A DNA stretch of 64,000 nt from NCBI GenBank assembly GCA_964521095.1, contig CAZFPJ010000001.1, forward strand, positions 132,149 to 196,148, in the 5' to 3' direction. The translations under genes and the position numbers were made by a program. Positions 1 through 8,832 of the stretch are shown one piece after another. Within the stretch, counting starts at the first letter, position 1; every line of letters starts with the position of its first letter. This DNA is from an uncultured Candidatus Saccharibacteria bacterium. GTDB lineage: Bacteria; Patescibacteriota; Saccharimonadia; Saccharimonadales; 2-12-FULL-41-12. The notes beneath the pieces are model-generated. The model saw only the letters and a list, made by a program, of their open reading frames with translations, ran no database searches and was not told where the DNA came from.

Positions 1-1
1 A

Positions 2-766
2 GATAAAAAACCAGAAGTAGTTTATGCCGAAACTGTTGGCAACGGCCCAGGAACACCAGTGTTGGACTATAGGCTACTGCTTGACGCAACTCGCGACGAC
101 GGATGTTCGCCGGTAGTAATATTGGACAACACACTACCACTTAGTACCGGACTACCATTAGCAGAACATTTGACGGAAGACGATAAAGTAATAGTGGTAG
201 AGAGTGGCACAAAGTCGTACACTCAAAACGCCGAAATATCTGGGATTGCATACACCAAGCACCCAGAATTGCTTAAACAGTTCAAAACACTAAGGCGCGA
301 AAAAGGATCTATCCCAGGCGTTGGCAGTACAGAACGAATCAACTTACTCTTGCCAGAGTCAAAACGGTCTTTTGATAGTCGCAACAGAGATTTATTTAAA
401 AACACAGCCATCTTAGCTCGAATTCTAGAAGAAATAAGCATTGATAGAAAAGATTTCCATGTAACTAACCCCAGTCTTCAAAGTCATGATAACTTTCAAC
501 TAGCAAATGAACTCGGTCTGCCCGATGGTGGTTCGCCCGTACTTTTCTTGCAACCAACAACCCCCGATACACATATAGATCTTACGCAAGCTCTTTGGCA
601 GAGTCCTGAAGTGCGACAGCACGCAGAGTTGGGTCAAAGTTTTGGTTTTGATAAAACTCGAATTCTGTACGACGATCGTTCCGGAACTGTGCGAATATCT
701 GGCGGGGCAGATACCGATGCAGAAGCTTTAGGTCAGGCGTTTAGGCAAGCTCTGAGCGAGGAATAA
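2..766 (+). CDS. PLP-dependent transferase, Cys/Met metabolism (cystathionine gamma-synthase-like), 5'-truncated by window
   Basis: Frame is open from base 2 (DKKPEVVYAETVGNGP...); LDNT motif and ESGTK PLP-lysine motif. Confidence 0.65.
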   Translation, partial: DKKPEVVYAETVGNGPGTPVLDYRLLLDATRDDGCSPVVILDNTLPLSTGLPLAEHLTEDDKVIVVESGTKSYTQNAEISGIAYTKHPELLKQFKTLRREKGSIPGVGSTERINLLLPESKRSFDSRNRDLFKNTAILARILEEISIDRKDFHVTNPSLQSHDNFQLANELGLPDGGSPVLFLQPTTPDTHIDLTQALWQSPEVRQHAELGQSFGFDKTRILYDDRSGTVRISGGADTDAEALGQAFRQALSEE

Positions 767-1343
767 CAGTAGCCCCAATTTGCACAAATAACTCCTCGTT
801 GCCACTAAATAGGTGGTCGGCTTCTGGTATATAATTTATGCAGTTTCCGCTTTTAGTTTGGCATAGTTTTTCTGCAAAGCTTTGTCGACTAGGTGAGTCG
901 TCTCGTCCAGCATAGATGTCCAGCGTTCCACGAAACTTCAAAAACCCCTCAAGCACAGCTTCTGGTTCAAACCCCGGGTCTGGGTTTATAAGTGTTAAAC
1001 CCTTTACCAGAGGGTACTCATGCGCAAACTGGGCCAAGTTACGAGCTCCAGCAGAAAAACCCAAAGCATAGACACTAGAATGGGTGCTAATAGATCCTTT
1101 TGCCAGGTCGCTAGCTTTACCAAGAGCCAGCCTGGCATTCTTTTCTTCAGATTCTGGAGGCCAAAGCTTATCATCATAAATATTCGAACATTGAACAACG
1201 CTGGCGCCCATGGCTTTTAGTCTTTCGGCAACCTGGTCGTATCTAGTATCTCCTTCTTTCTCGCCAGATACATTGGCGCCCATTCCAGGCAAAATTAGTG
1301 CTATCGGCTTTGCTACACCCTGATACTCAATCTTGTATTCCAT
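741..1343 (-). CDS. alpha/beta hydrolase
   Basis: GFSAG nucleophile elbow; C-terminal ADHLF His. Confidence 0.7.
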   Translation of the reverse strand: MEYKIEYQGVAKPIALILPGMGANVSGEKEGDTRYDQVAERLKAMGASVVQCSNIYDDKLWPPESEEKNARLALGKASDLAKGSISTHSSVYALGFSAGARNLAQFAHEYPLVKGLTLINPDPGFEPEAVLEGFLKFRGTLDIYAGRDDSPSRQSFAEKLCQTKSGNCINYIPEADHLFSGNEELFVQIGATVIPRSELA

Positions 1344-1386
1344 AGTGCATAGATTGTATCAATAAACTATTGCTTAAACACAAGCG

Positions 1387-3048
1387 CTAAAAGTGGTCGC
1401 GAACATGGCTAAAGCTGTAATCCCAAGTAGCGTTAGCCTTTTTGTGAGGATTAAAGATGTGGTCTGGGTCAAAGATGTCCTTGGTTTGCTTAAATAGATC
1501 AAGCACTTCTTTGCCATACATCTGCTCTAGCCAAGGCCCACGCACCAATCCATCGTTGTGCTCGCCAGACAGCGAACCTTTATAGTGCAAAACCAAGTTA
1601 TTAACCTCGCGCATGGCCGGCTCCAGCTTGGCGCGGTCTTTTGGATCTTCCAATTGCATCAATGGTATAACATGAAAGTTGCCGTCGCCCATATGCCCAG
1701 CCAGCGTTGCAAACAGCCTGTACTTTTTGATAATCACTTCTAGCTTTGGCAAAAACTCCGACAAATGCTCTGGATTTACAATAAAGTCGTCGATAAACGG
1801 AGCCGTATGCTTCTCTTTAACTTTCTCGCGGAGCAATTGAAAGCTGTACCTACGCATAACCCAAAATTTTTGGGCACTTTCATCTGTTGGCAGTGCTTCG
1901 AATCCACTAATGCTGTACTCTCGTCGGACTTTTTCTAGCTTATTCTGAAGAGTTTTAACCTTTTCAAAAATTTCGGCGTCGCTGTCGCCCTTGAACGACA
2001 CCATTAACACCATTTTTGGCCGTTTGGTTAGTTGCAAGCCGTCGGGGATTAGGCTAAAAACTAGCCTAATAAACTTACGCCACCCCAGGATTTTTAGAAA
2101 GTTGGGCATAAACCGAATAGACAGCCACAGCGTTTTGTTGTCAAATGCTTCAAATCGCGAGGGTTTGTGCTTGACCACTGTGTCTATTAGCCCACCCAGG
2201 TTGTCTGTGTCTTTCAAAAATATTACCAATAGGCCACCTTCGGGGCGGGCCTTTACTACCTTAAAGTCGATGTCTGTTACTAGGCCAAGGGTTCCTTGGG
2301 CGCCTACAATTGCTTTGGTTATGTCAAAAATACCTTTTTCTTTATCCCAGACATCCCACAAATGGTATCCAGTAGAGTCTTTGCTGACATTTGGTTTGGC
2401 AGACTTAATCTTGTCGTAGTTCTTGTCGACCAGTTCAAAAAGCTGTTTGTACACCTTGCCTTCAAATGTTTTTAACGCCATTTTCTTGTCTAACTCGGCT
2501 TTAGTAAGTGGTTTTACCTCGCGCTCTACTCCGTCGGCAAAGACGAATTTTAGGCTATTTATAAACAAATCGGTTTTGCCAAACTCTATGGATTTTTCGC
2601 CTCCAGAGTTGTTGTTGACCATGCCTCCAACCGTGCAGAGGTCACGACTAGCCGGGTAGGGAGGTAGTAAATACCCCAAGTCCCGCGAGGCTTTGTCAAA
2701 GTCTCTATAAAACACTCCGGGTTGAGTCTTGGCAGAGCCACCTTTAATAACCCCAATTTCGTTAAAACACTTCTTAAAATCTACAATAATAGAGTCGTTT
2801 ATAGCCGCCCCCGACATATCTGTGCCAGCGCTTCGGGCCGTTAGGCTAAGGCGCGGATTGTCTTTTTTGAGTTTTGCAACAACAGAGGTTAGTATCTGCA
2901 CATCTTTAGAGTTTCTTGGAAAAACAACAACTTCTGGGCGGATCTCGAACAAAGAGGCATCGTGACTATAAAAATCACGAGTTTTGGTACTAGTGTCTAT
3001 GTCGCCACTAAAACCAGCTGACTGGATAGCCTCAATTATTTTTTTCAT
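1387..3048 (-). CDS. FAD-binding oxidoreductase (GlcD/D-lactate dehydrogenase family)
   Basis: RSAGTDMSG FAD motif, GGMVNNNSGG, GHMGDGNFH, SGEHNDG, DPDHIFNP. Confidence 0.85.
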   Translation of the reverse strand: MKKIIEAIQSAGFSGDIDTSTKTRDFYSHDASLFEIRPEVVVFPRNSKDVQILTSVVAKLKKDNPRLSLTARSAGTDMSGAAINDSIIVDFKKCFNEIGVIKGGSAKTQPGVFYRDFDKASRDLGYLLPPYPASRDLCTVGGMVNNNSGGEKSIEFGKTDLFINSLKFVFADGVEREVKPLTKAELDKKMALKTFEGKVYKQLFELVDKNYDKIKSAKPNVSKDSTGYHLWDVWDKEKGIFDITKAIVGAQGTLGLVTDIDFKVVKARPEGGLLVIFLKDTDNLGGLIDTVVKHKPSRFEAFDNKTLWLSIRFMPNFLKILGWRKFIRLVFSLIPDGLQLTKRPKMVLMVSFKGDSDAEIFEKVKTLQNKLEKVRREYSISGFEALPTDESAQKFWVMRRYSFQLLREKVKEKHTAPFIDDFIVNPEHLSEFLPKLEVIIKKYRLFATLAGHMGDGNFHVIPLMQLEDPKDRAKLEPAMREVNNLVLHYKGSLSGEHNDGLVRGPWLEQMYGKEVLDLFKQTKDIFDPDHIFNPHKKANATWDYSFSHVRDHF

Positions 3049-3137
3049 ACAACTCTATCTAGCTTAAACCGGTTTGATGCTTTGGACAAGATGCTTACGG
3101 TTTACAACCCGCTAATGTATAATCAAAACTAATTAAT

Positions 3138-4337
3138 ATGCGAAAAACGAATATACTTATCGTCGGTGGGGGCTTTGGAGGGGTAAAAACTGCGCTGGAA
3201 TTATGTCAGACACCCAATTTTCGGGTGACTCTTTTATCTAACAAGCGCAACTTCGAACACTATCCAACGCTGTACCGTACCGCTACTGGGGGCAGGAGGG
3301 CTATCTCTAGTATTCCCTTAAGCGATATTTTCGGGGGCAAAGATGTCGCAATAACCTATGGAACCGCCAAAAAGCTAGATCGCCAAGAAAAATTTGTCAA
3401 AACTAGTGCCGGAGAGAAGCTAAGCTACGATATTGTGGTTTTTGCGCTTGGCGTAGTTACCAACTACTTTGGCATTAGCGGACTAAAAGAGTACTCTTAT
3501 GGCATCAAGTCGCTAAGCGACGCCGAGGAATTGAAAAGACACCTACATAAACAGCTAGTTACCGAGGGCAAACCAGACCTCAACTATGTAGTCGTGGGCG
3601 GTGGGCCAACTGGCATAGAACTAGCTGGCGCTTTGCCATATTATCTAAAGCAAACCATCAAAAAACATGGCCTAAAGAACCGCAAAGTCCATGTAGACCT
3701 GGTAGAAGGCGCTCCTAGGCTCATGCCACGCATGTCCGTAGCTTCGTCGCGGGCTTTTGCAAAGCGCCTCCGCAAGCTTGGAGTCAAACTGTATCTTGGC
3801 AAGCCAGTTCAGGGCGAAACCTCTGATGCACTAATGGTCGGTGGCAAGCCAATCCGTTCGCACACCGTTATTTGGACCGCCGGCATGGCCAATAACCCAT
3901 TTTTTGCTAACAACAATTTTGCTGTTACCCCCAACGGAAAAGTGCAGGTAGACCAACACTTACAGTCGTCTCCCGGAGTTTTTGTTATAGGCGACAATGC
4001 CAACACCAAATATTCTGGCATGGCACAAACAGCCCTTTACGACGCCATATTTGTGGCAAATAACATCAAAAGAAGCAATCTAGAACACAAAGAACCCAAA
4101 AACTACAAGCCAAAAAGGCCTGTTGCCGTAACTCCTGCTGGGCCATACTGGGCAGTCGTATCTTGGGGTAAAATAGAGTTTTATGGCTGGCTAGGCTGGG
4201 TTATGAGGCGCGGAGCAGACTGGTTGAGCTACAAAGACATATCTCCTTGGTGGAAGGCTACAGAGCTTTTGCTTGCGTCCGAAGATCAGGAAGACGCTTG
4301 TACTACTTGCGCCAAGCACGACAAAACTATGGCGTAA
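3138..4337 (+). CDS. ndh: type II NADH:quinone oxidoreductase (NDH-2 family)
   Basis: GGGFGG and GGGPTGIELAG Rossmann motifs; WTAG; FVIGD. Confidence 0.75.
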   Translation: MRKTNILIVGGGFGGVKTALELCQTPNFRVTLLSNKRNFEHYPTLYRTATGGRRAISSIPLSDIFGGKDVAITYGTAKKLDRQEKFVKTSAGEKLSYDIVVFALGVVTNYFGISGLKEYSYGIKSLSDAEELKRHLHKQLVTEGKPDLNYVVVGGGPTGIELAGALPYYLKQTIKKHGLKNRKVHVDLVEGAPRLMPRMSVASSRAFAKRLRKLGVKLYLGKPVQGETSDALMVGGKPIRSHTVIWTAGMANNPFFANNNFAVTPNGKVQVDQHLQSSPGVFVIGDNANTKYSGMAQTALYDAIFVANNIKRSNLEHKEPKNYKPKRPVAVTPAGPYWAVVSWGKIEFYGWLGWVMRRGADWLSYKDISPWWKATELLLASEDQEDACTTCAKHDKTMA

Positions 4338-5637
4338 GTCGATTTATGTCGCGTGGGAACAGGGTGGCTTCTTTGACATTGTTTAGGCCAATTATCTTTT
4401 GGGTTAGGCGCTCTAGGCCCATGCCAAAACCACCGTGTGGAGGCAAACCGTACTTAAATGCTTGCAGATAATACTTAAAGCCCTCGGCTTCTGGATCGCC
4501 CTTGGCTATGGTTTTGAGCTGTTCTAGCAGTACAGAGTAACGGTGTTCACGCATACTAATGGTAGCTATCTCGACACCCCGAAAGATCAGGTCTGCTCGT
4601 TCGGCAAGTTCGGGGTTTTCCTCGGATTTTTTGTGATAAAACTTCATCTCGCTAGCTGGCCAATCCACCACAAACACTGCTTCACTACCGTATTTTTTGG
4701 CTGAGTAGTCAGTTATCCAGCGCTCTTCGTCTGGCCTTAGGTCTTTTTCGCCCTTGGTGTCTGTGCCGGTTGCTTTGGTGTACAGCTCGTGGATCTCCTC
4801 CAGGCTCATGCGAGGAATCGTATCAGGCAACAATACCGGCTTGGCGCGTAGGCTCTCTAGCTCTGCTATTTTATCTTGCCACACGCTTACACAAACAGAC
4901 TTCAAAAGCCCCTCTACAGTGTCCAACAAGCCGTCAAAGTCAACAAAGCCCATCTCGGCATCGATATGAATAAACTCCGTCATGTGCCGAGTTGTAGCAC
5001 TCAGCTCTGCCCGATAAGTTGGGTTAATCTCATAAGCTCGCTCAAACACGCCAACCATAATCTGCTTATAAAACTGTGCACTCTGGGCCAGCGTTGCCTC
5101 TTTGCCAAAATAATCTAGCTTAAACACCTCTGCGCCACCTTCGGTAGCTTCTGGCAAAAGCTTGGGCGAGTTAAACTCTGTAAAGTCCTGCGCATGAAAA
5201 TACTGCCTAGCAGACTCTTTTACGCTAGCTTGTACCTTAAAAATGTTGGTTTCTAACACATTTCGCAGGCCAATCACTCGGTACTCAAACAAAGTGTCCA
5301 GGTTTTCAGACTTGTGGTTGAGCGGTTTGTCTATCTCTATTGGTGGCTCGTCGGTAACGGGCACCAAGACTTCTATGACTGGTTCATGTACTTCCACTCC
5401 ACCAGGAGCACGGTCGTCTTTGGTGACTGTACCTTTTATTCGCAACACCGTGCCAATCTGCAGGCCACGAAGTTTTTCTACTTCGTCTTTGTCTTTAATC
5501 AGTATCTGGGCCAGGCCACTACGATCTCGCAAATTAATAAAAGTCAGCCCACCAAGCAACCGCTTTTTATGCAGCCAACCTTCTATAACTACAGGTTTAT
5601 CAATGTGTTCGGGTAATTGTTTTGTCAAAATTCTCAT
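4327..5637 (-). CDS. aspS: aspartate--tRNA(Asp/Asn) ligase, archaeal/eukaryotic-type (no GAD domain), likely non-discriminating
   Basis: OB-fold LRDRSG, LAQSAQFYKQ, YRAE motif 2, PPHGGFGMGLER motif 3; 436 aa. Confidence 0.9.
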   Translation of the reverse strand: MRILTKQLPEHIDKPVVIEGWLHKKRLLGGLTFINLRDRSGLAQILIKDKDEVEKLRGLQIGTVLRIKGTVTKDDRAPGGVEVHEPVIEVLVPVTDEPPIEIDKPLNHKSENLDTLFEYRVIGLRNVLETNIFKVQASVKESARQYFHAQDFTEFNSPKLLPEATEGGAEVFKLDYFGKEATLAQSAQFYKQIMVGVFERAYEINPTYRAELSATTRHMTEFIHIDAEMGFVDFDGLLDTVEGLLKSVCVSVWQDKIAELESLRAKPVLLPDTIPRMSLEEIHELYTKATGTDTKGEKDLRPDEERWITDYSAKKYGSEAVFVVDWPASEMKFYHKKSEENPELAERADLIFRGVEIATISMREHRYSVLLEQLKTIAKGDPEAEGFKYYLQAFKYGLPPHGGFGMGLERLTQKIIGLNNVKEATLFPRDINRLTP

Positions 5638-5739
5638 GTATTAGCCTTATTATACAATTAAAAAATCATAATTAACAGATAAAGCCGTGCTATGACTATT
5701 AACTTTATTAATCGAGCAAAAATTGCTACACTTAATCAG

Positions 5740-7407
5740 CTATTTACGGTAAAAATAATTATCGATAATGGGATGTGGCCAAGTGGTAAGGCACCTGGTT
5801 TTGGTCCAGGCATTCGGGGGTTCGAATCCCTCCATCCCAGCCATTTTCAGGAAAAGTTTGGAATTGTCGCTCTCACGAGCGATTTTTTCATTTGTAGATT
5901 TCAATTCTTGCCACAGGCAAAAACCGCTTTCCGCCCCCTTTCGGAAAGCGGTTTTTGAGCCAGCCCCGACAGCTTTTTTATCGCCAACGGCGATGAGGGT
6001 TTTACCTCGCATTGCGAGGTTCGAGCCAAAGATTTCCGACAAAACGGCTTTTTGTCCGTTGTAATCGTTGGTATCAACGATTTTACAGATAGATTGTGCG
6101 GTTTCCAGCCAATTTCGCATAGGTTCTAACCAAGAATTTTGGTTAGCTTGTAGATTAGCCAAACTTTCCTCTAAACTTTTCTTTTCGCTCAAAATCTCCG
6201 ATTTTTTCGCCAAAAAAGTTTGGCGGTCAATGTCTTGGTCTAAATAACTGTCTAGCAAAATCTTTTGTTTGCTGTTGAGCCGGGCAATCTCGTCTTTTAG
6301 ATTTGCTACGGCGGACACGTTGTCCGCATTTTCGGCTTGCTCGTCCTCTGCCATTTTATTGGTCATAAAATTATACACTTTTTCAGACATGGCATAGTCG
6401 CTGAGCAGCGCCGAAATCTGCGGTAACAAATCTTTTTCACGAATTGCTGGCTCAACGCATTTAATGGCTTTGTTTTTGCGAGAGCAGCGATAATACGTCC
6501 AACTATGTATGTTGCCGTTTGCCTGCGTTTTGGTTTTTGTTTCGGCTGTTATTGCCATACCGCAACAAGCACAGCGTAGAACGCCTAAAAACGGAATTGG
6601 TTGCTTGGTTTGCGGTTTCTGGTGTCCTCGCTGGTCAATAACCACTTGGACTTTGTCCCATAGCGACTTTGACACGATCGGCTCGTGCCGACCCTCGTGG
6701 AGTTCGCCGTTATAGATAAAATGTCCGTAGTAAAAAGGGTTTTGTAAAATGCTTTTTACTTTGTCGTCCTTAAATAATTTTCCGCCACTGGTAATTGCTC
6801 TGTTTTCTTGTAAAAAATCGGCTATATCTGCCATTGTTTTATCGCCACCAGCGTATAGCTCAAACATTTGTTTCACAAGTGGTGAATACCGCTTGTCTAG
6901 AATAATTGTTTTTATGCGAGTGTCATTTAGGTAGCCGAACGGAGCGATAGACGGAAAATCACCGTTGCGGACTTTTGCCCTTAAACCTCGCTTGGCGTTT
7001 TCGCTCAAATTATCTACATAATACTTGGACTGACCAAACATAATAGACAACATAAACTTACCTTGACTGGTGTTCTCAAACTGGAAAATTGGAAAACGCA
7101 GATAATTGAGCGATGTTTGGTCTAACAAATAGATAATTTGTCCGCCGTCAATGGAGTTGCGAGCCAAGCGGTCGGGGTGCCACGCCAAAATGCCGTTGGC
7201 TTCGCCATTTTCAATTCTTTTAATCATAGAATTGAAAATTGGTCGTCCTGGATTTTTGGCGGTGCGTTTTTCTATAAATTCGTCAATAACCATTAAATGA
7301 TTATCTCTCGCAAACTTGCGGAGTTCCGCAAGTTGAGCGTCAATGCTCAAAACCTGCTTATCTTCCGTATCGGTACTTTTGCGAGCATACAAGATATATT
7401 TTTCCAT
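5740..7407 (-). CDS. large serine recombinase (resolvase + recombinase + Zn-ribbon + coiled coil); C-terminus reads antisense through tRNA-Gln
   Basis: YARKS catalytic Ser, DRLARN, CACCG...YYRCS Zn ribbon; ATG at 7407 with AGGGGG RBS; last 32 aa encoded by the tRNA antisense and its upstream flank. Confidence 0.92.
   Translation of the reverse strand: MEKYILYARKSTDTEDKQVLSIDAQLAELRKFARDNHLMVIDEFIEKRTAKNPGRPIFNSMIKRIENGEANGILAWHPDRLARNSIDGGQIIYLLDQTSLNYLRFPIFQFENTSQGKFMLSIMFGQSKYYVDNLSENAKRGLRAKVRNGDFPSIAPFGYLNDTRIKTIILDKRYSPLVKQMFELYAGGDKTMADIADFLQENRAITSGGKLFKDDKVKSILQNPFYYGHFIYNGELHEGRHEPIVSKSLWDKVQVVIDQRGHQKPQTKQPIPFLGVLRCACCGMAITAETKTKTQANGNIHSWTYYRCSRKNKAIKCVEPAIREKDLLPQISALLSDYAMSEKVYNFMTNKMAEDEQAENADNVSAVANLKDEIARLNSKQKILLDSYLDQDIDRQTFLAKKSEILSEKKSLEESLANLQANQNSWLEPMRNWLETAQSICKIVDTNDYNGQKAVLSEIFGSNLAMRGKTLIAVGDKKAVGAGSKTAFRKGAESGFCLWQELKSTNEKIARESDNSKLFLKMAGMEGFEPPNAWTKTRCLTTWPHPIIDNYFYRK
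5769..5843 (+). tRNA. tRNA-Gln(TTG)
   Basis: Cloverleaf: acceptor tgggatg/catccca, anticodon arm cctgg-ttttggt-ccagg, T-loop ttcgaat, encoded CCA. Confidence 0.95.
5839..6003 (+). repeat. inverted repeat A, left copy (165 bp)
   Basis: Exact reverse complement of 7566-7730 by manual comparison. Confidence 0.93.
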
Positions 7408-7423
7408 TTTTACCCCCTTAAAA

Positions 7424-7534
7424 CTTAAAAAGCCGACCTGGTGCAACACAATTCAGATAAACTAAACTGTTCCAAGTCGGCTTTTTAAGCCAAGAAAAAA
7501 GTTTATCTATAAATTGTGTTGCCCTTTTATTATA
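7424..7534 (-). promoter_or_regulatory. recombinase promoter (-10 TATAAT at 7529-7534) and structured 5' leader
   Basis: Interleaved complementary blocks 7424-7437/7476-7489 and 7443-7463/7500-7522. Confidence 0.55.
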
Positions 7535-7565
7535 CGACTTTTGCTCGGTTTTGCGTTAGCAAAAC

Positions 7566-7730
7566 AAAACCCTCATCGCCGTTGGCGATAAAAAAGCTGT
7601 CGGGGCTGGCTCAAAAACCGCTTTCCGAAAGGGGGCGGAAAGCGGTTTTTGCCTGTGGCAAGAATTGAAATCTACAAATGAAAAAATCGCTCGTGAGAGC
7701 GACAATTCCAAACTTTTCCTGAAAATGGCT
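7566..7730 (-). repeat. inverted repeat A, right copy (165 bp)
   Basis: aaaaccctcatcgcc...gaaaatggct is the reverse complement of 5839-6003. Confidence 0.93.
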
Positions 7731-7845
7731 CACTTATACGAGTTTGCCCGAACCTATTTTGCGACCAAATGCGAGAAATGAGATTTTCGGCGGGTCGGGT
7801 CGGGGGCGACCCGCCGAACTGCTTCACAGATTTTTTGTCCACCTG
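7726..7845 (+). repeat. inverted repeat B, left copy (120 bp)
   Basis: tggctcacttatacg...gtccacctg is the reverse complement of 8833-8952. Confidence 0.93.
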
Positions 7846-7874
7846 AATTTCATTAAATATTGTATAATTTACTC

Positions 7875-8387
7875 ATGAATAAAAGTCATCAACAAGCAAA
7901 ACGACTAACCACGAAAGATGTACAGCGTATGTCTAATGATGAGATCATCAAGTATGTATATCTTGAGCATAAAAGATTGAAAATGCCCGTTGAAGATGTC
8001 TGGGAACAACTTATTGATAATTTTGGAAAGCAAACTATAAGCGATATGCTCGGCGGCAGCGAAGATTCCTTGAATAGTACTGAAAATTTTGACGGTGATT
8101 CAAAATTCGGAGCGATAATTATGGTCTATGCTATTGTTTTTGGGATTATTTGGTTCATTTTTAACAGTCTTATGAATAATAAGTTTGAAGCAATGCAATT
8201 TGCTATCGTTGTTTGTGGTATCGCATCAACCTTAATCACCATATTGTTCATGAATGCTACCGGTAAAAATGAGAGAAATTATCTAAATGCTGTAAGTAAA
8301 ATACAAAGAGCCTACTCCGTATATATAAACAAAGGCTTCAACGATCTAATGGGTAGACCATTAGACTATGTAAAAGATGACAACTAG
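7875..8387 (+). CDS. hypothetical membrane protein (2 TM), element cargo
   Basis: ORF with two hydrophobic segments; TATAAT at 7863-7868 just before ATG 7875. Confidence 0.7.
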   Translation: MNKSHQQAKRLTTKDVQRMSNDEIIKYVYLEHKRLKMPVEDVWEQLIDNFGKQTISDMLGGSEDSLNSTENFDGDSKFGAIIMVYAIVFGIIWFIFNSLMNNKFEAMQFAIVVCGIASTLITILFMNATGKNERNYLNAVSKIQRAYSVYINKGFNDLMGRPLDYVKDDN

Positions 8388-8829
8388 GCATTATCCGTCA
8401 TTCGTCAATGACAAAACAGATGAAGATAAGCTAGCAAACATAATAGTCAGCACATCTTTGCTAGATGAGGTTTTGTCCCTGTGGCTAACTAATCATTTTT
8501 TGAAGATTGATGGCACAAAAAAGAACGAGAATGATAGAGATATTCTTGAGAAGTTAATTTTAAGCAAATTAGGTTTTAGGCAGAAAAGCGAAGTGGTCTG
8601 TAAATTGCTGAATAGCAATTCTAGCCCAGTAAAATTGAAATCAAATTTATTTAGAATTGGCGAGATAAGAAATCAAATAGCTCATAATACTGGTTGGCTC
8701 GGAATACCTAATAACATAAAAGAAGTCTACAGCGAGTTTGATGGGTTAATGGTAGAGCTAGAAAGCTTTATAGAACTAACTTATTCTGAGTTTCAGCATG
8801 ACATGGATCATGCATATAATCCCCAATAG
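8377..8829 (+). CDS. putative HEPN/MtlR-like protein, element cargo
   Basis: Helical 150 aa protein with RNQIAH (Rx4H) motif; overlaps upstream ORF. Confidence 0.55.
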   Translation: MTTRHYPSFVNDKTDEDKLANIIVSTSLLDEVLSLWLTNHFLKIDGTKKNENDRDILEKLILSKLGFRQKSEVVCKLLNSNSSPVKLKSNLFRIGEIRNQIAHNTGWLGIPNNIKEVYSEFDGLMVELESFIELTYSEFQHDMDHAYNPQ

Positions 8830-8832
8830 AAA

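Noticed and set aside
5692-6064. ORFs 5692-5958 and 5768-6064 (+)
   Set aside because: They overlap tRNA-Gln and lie antisense to the recombinase, so they are spurious.
7408-7449. Recombinase start at 7449
   Set aside because: ATG 7407 has an RBS and matches the usual distance to YARKS; the extension lies in the structured leader.
5839-7730. IS or transposon with terminal inverted repeats
   Set aside because: There is no DDE/HUH transposase or target duplication; the repeats include recombinase coding sequence and an att core.
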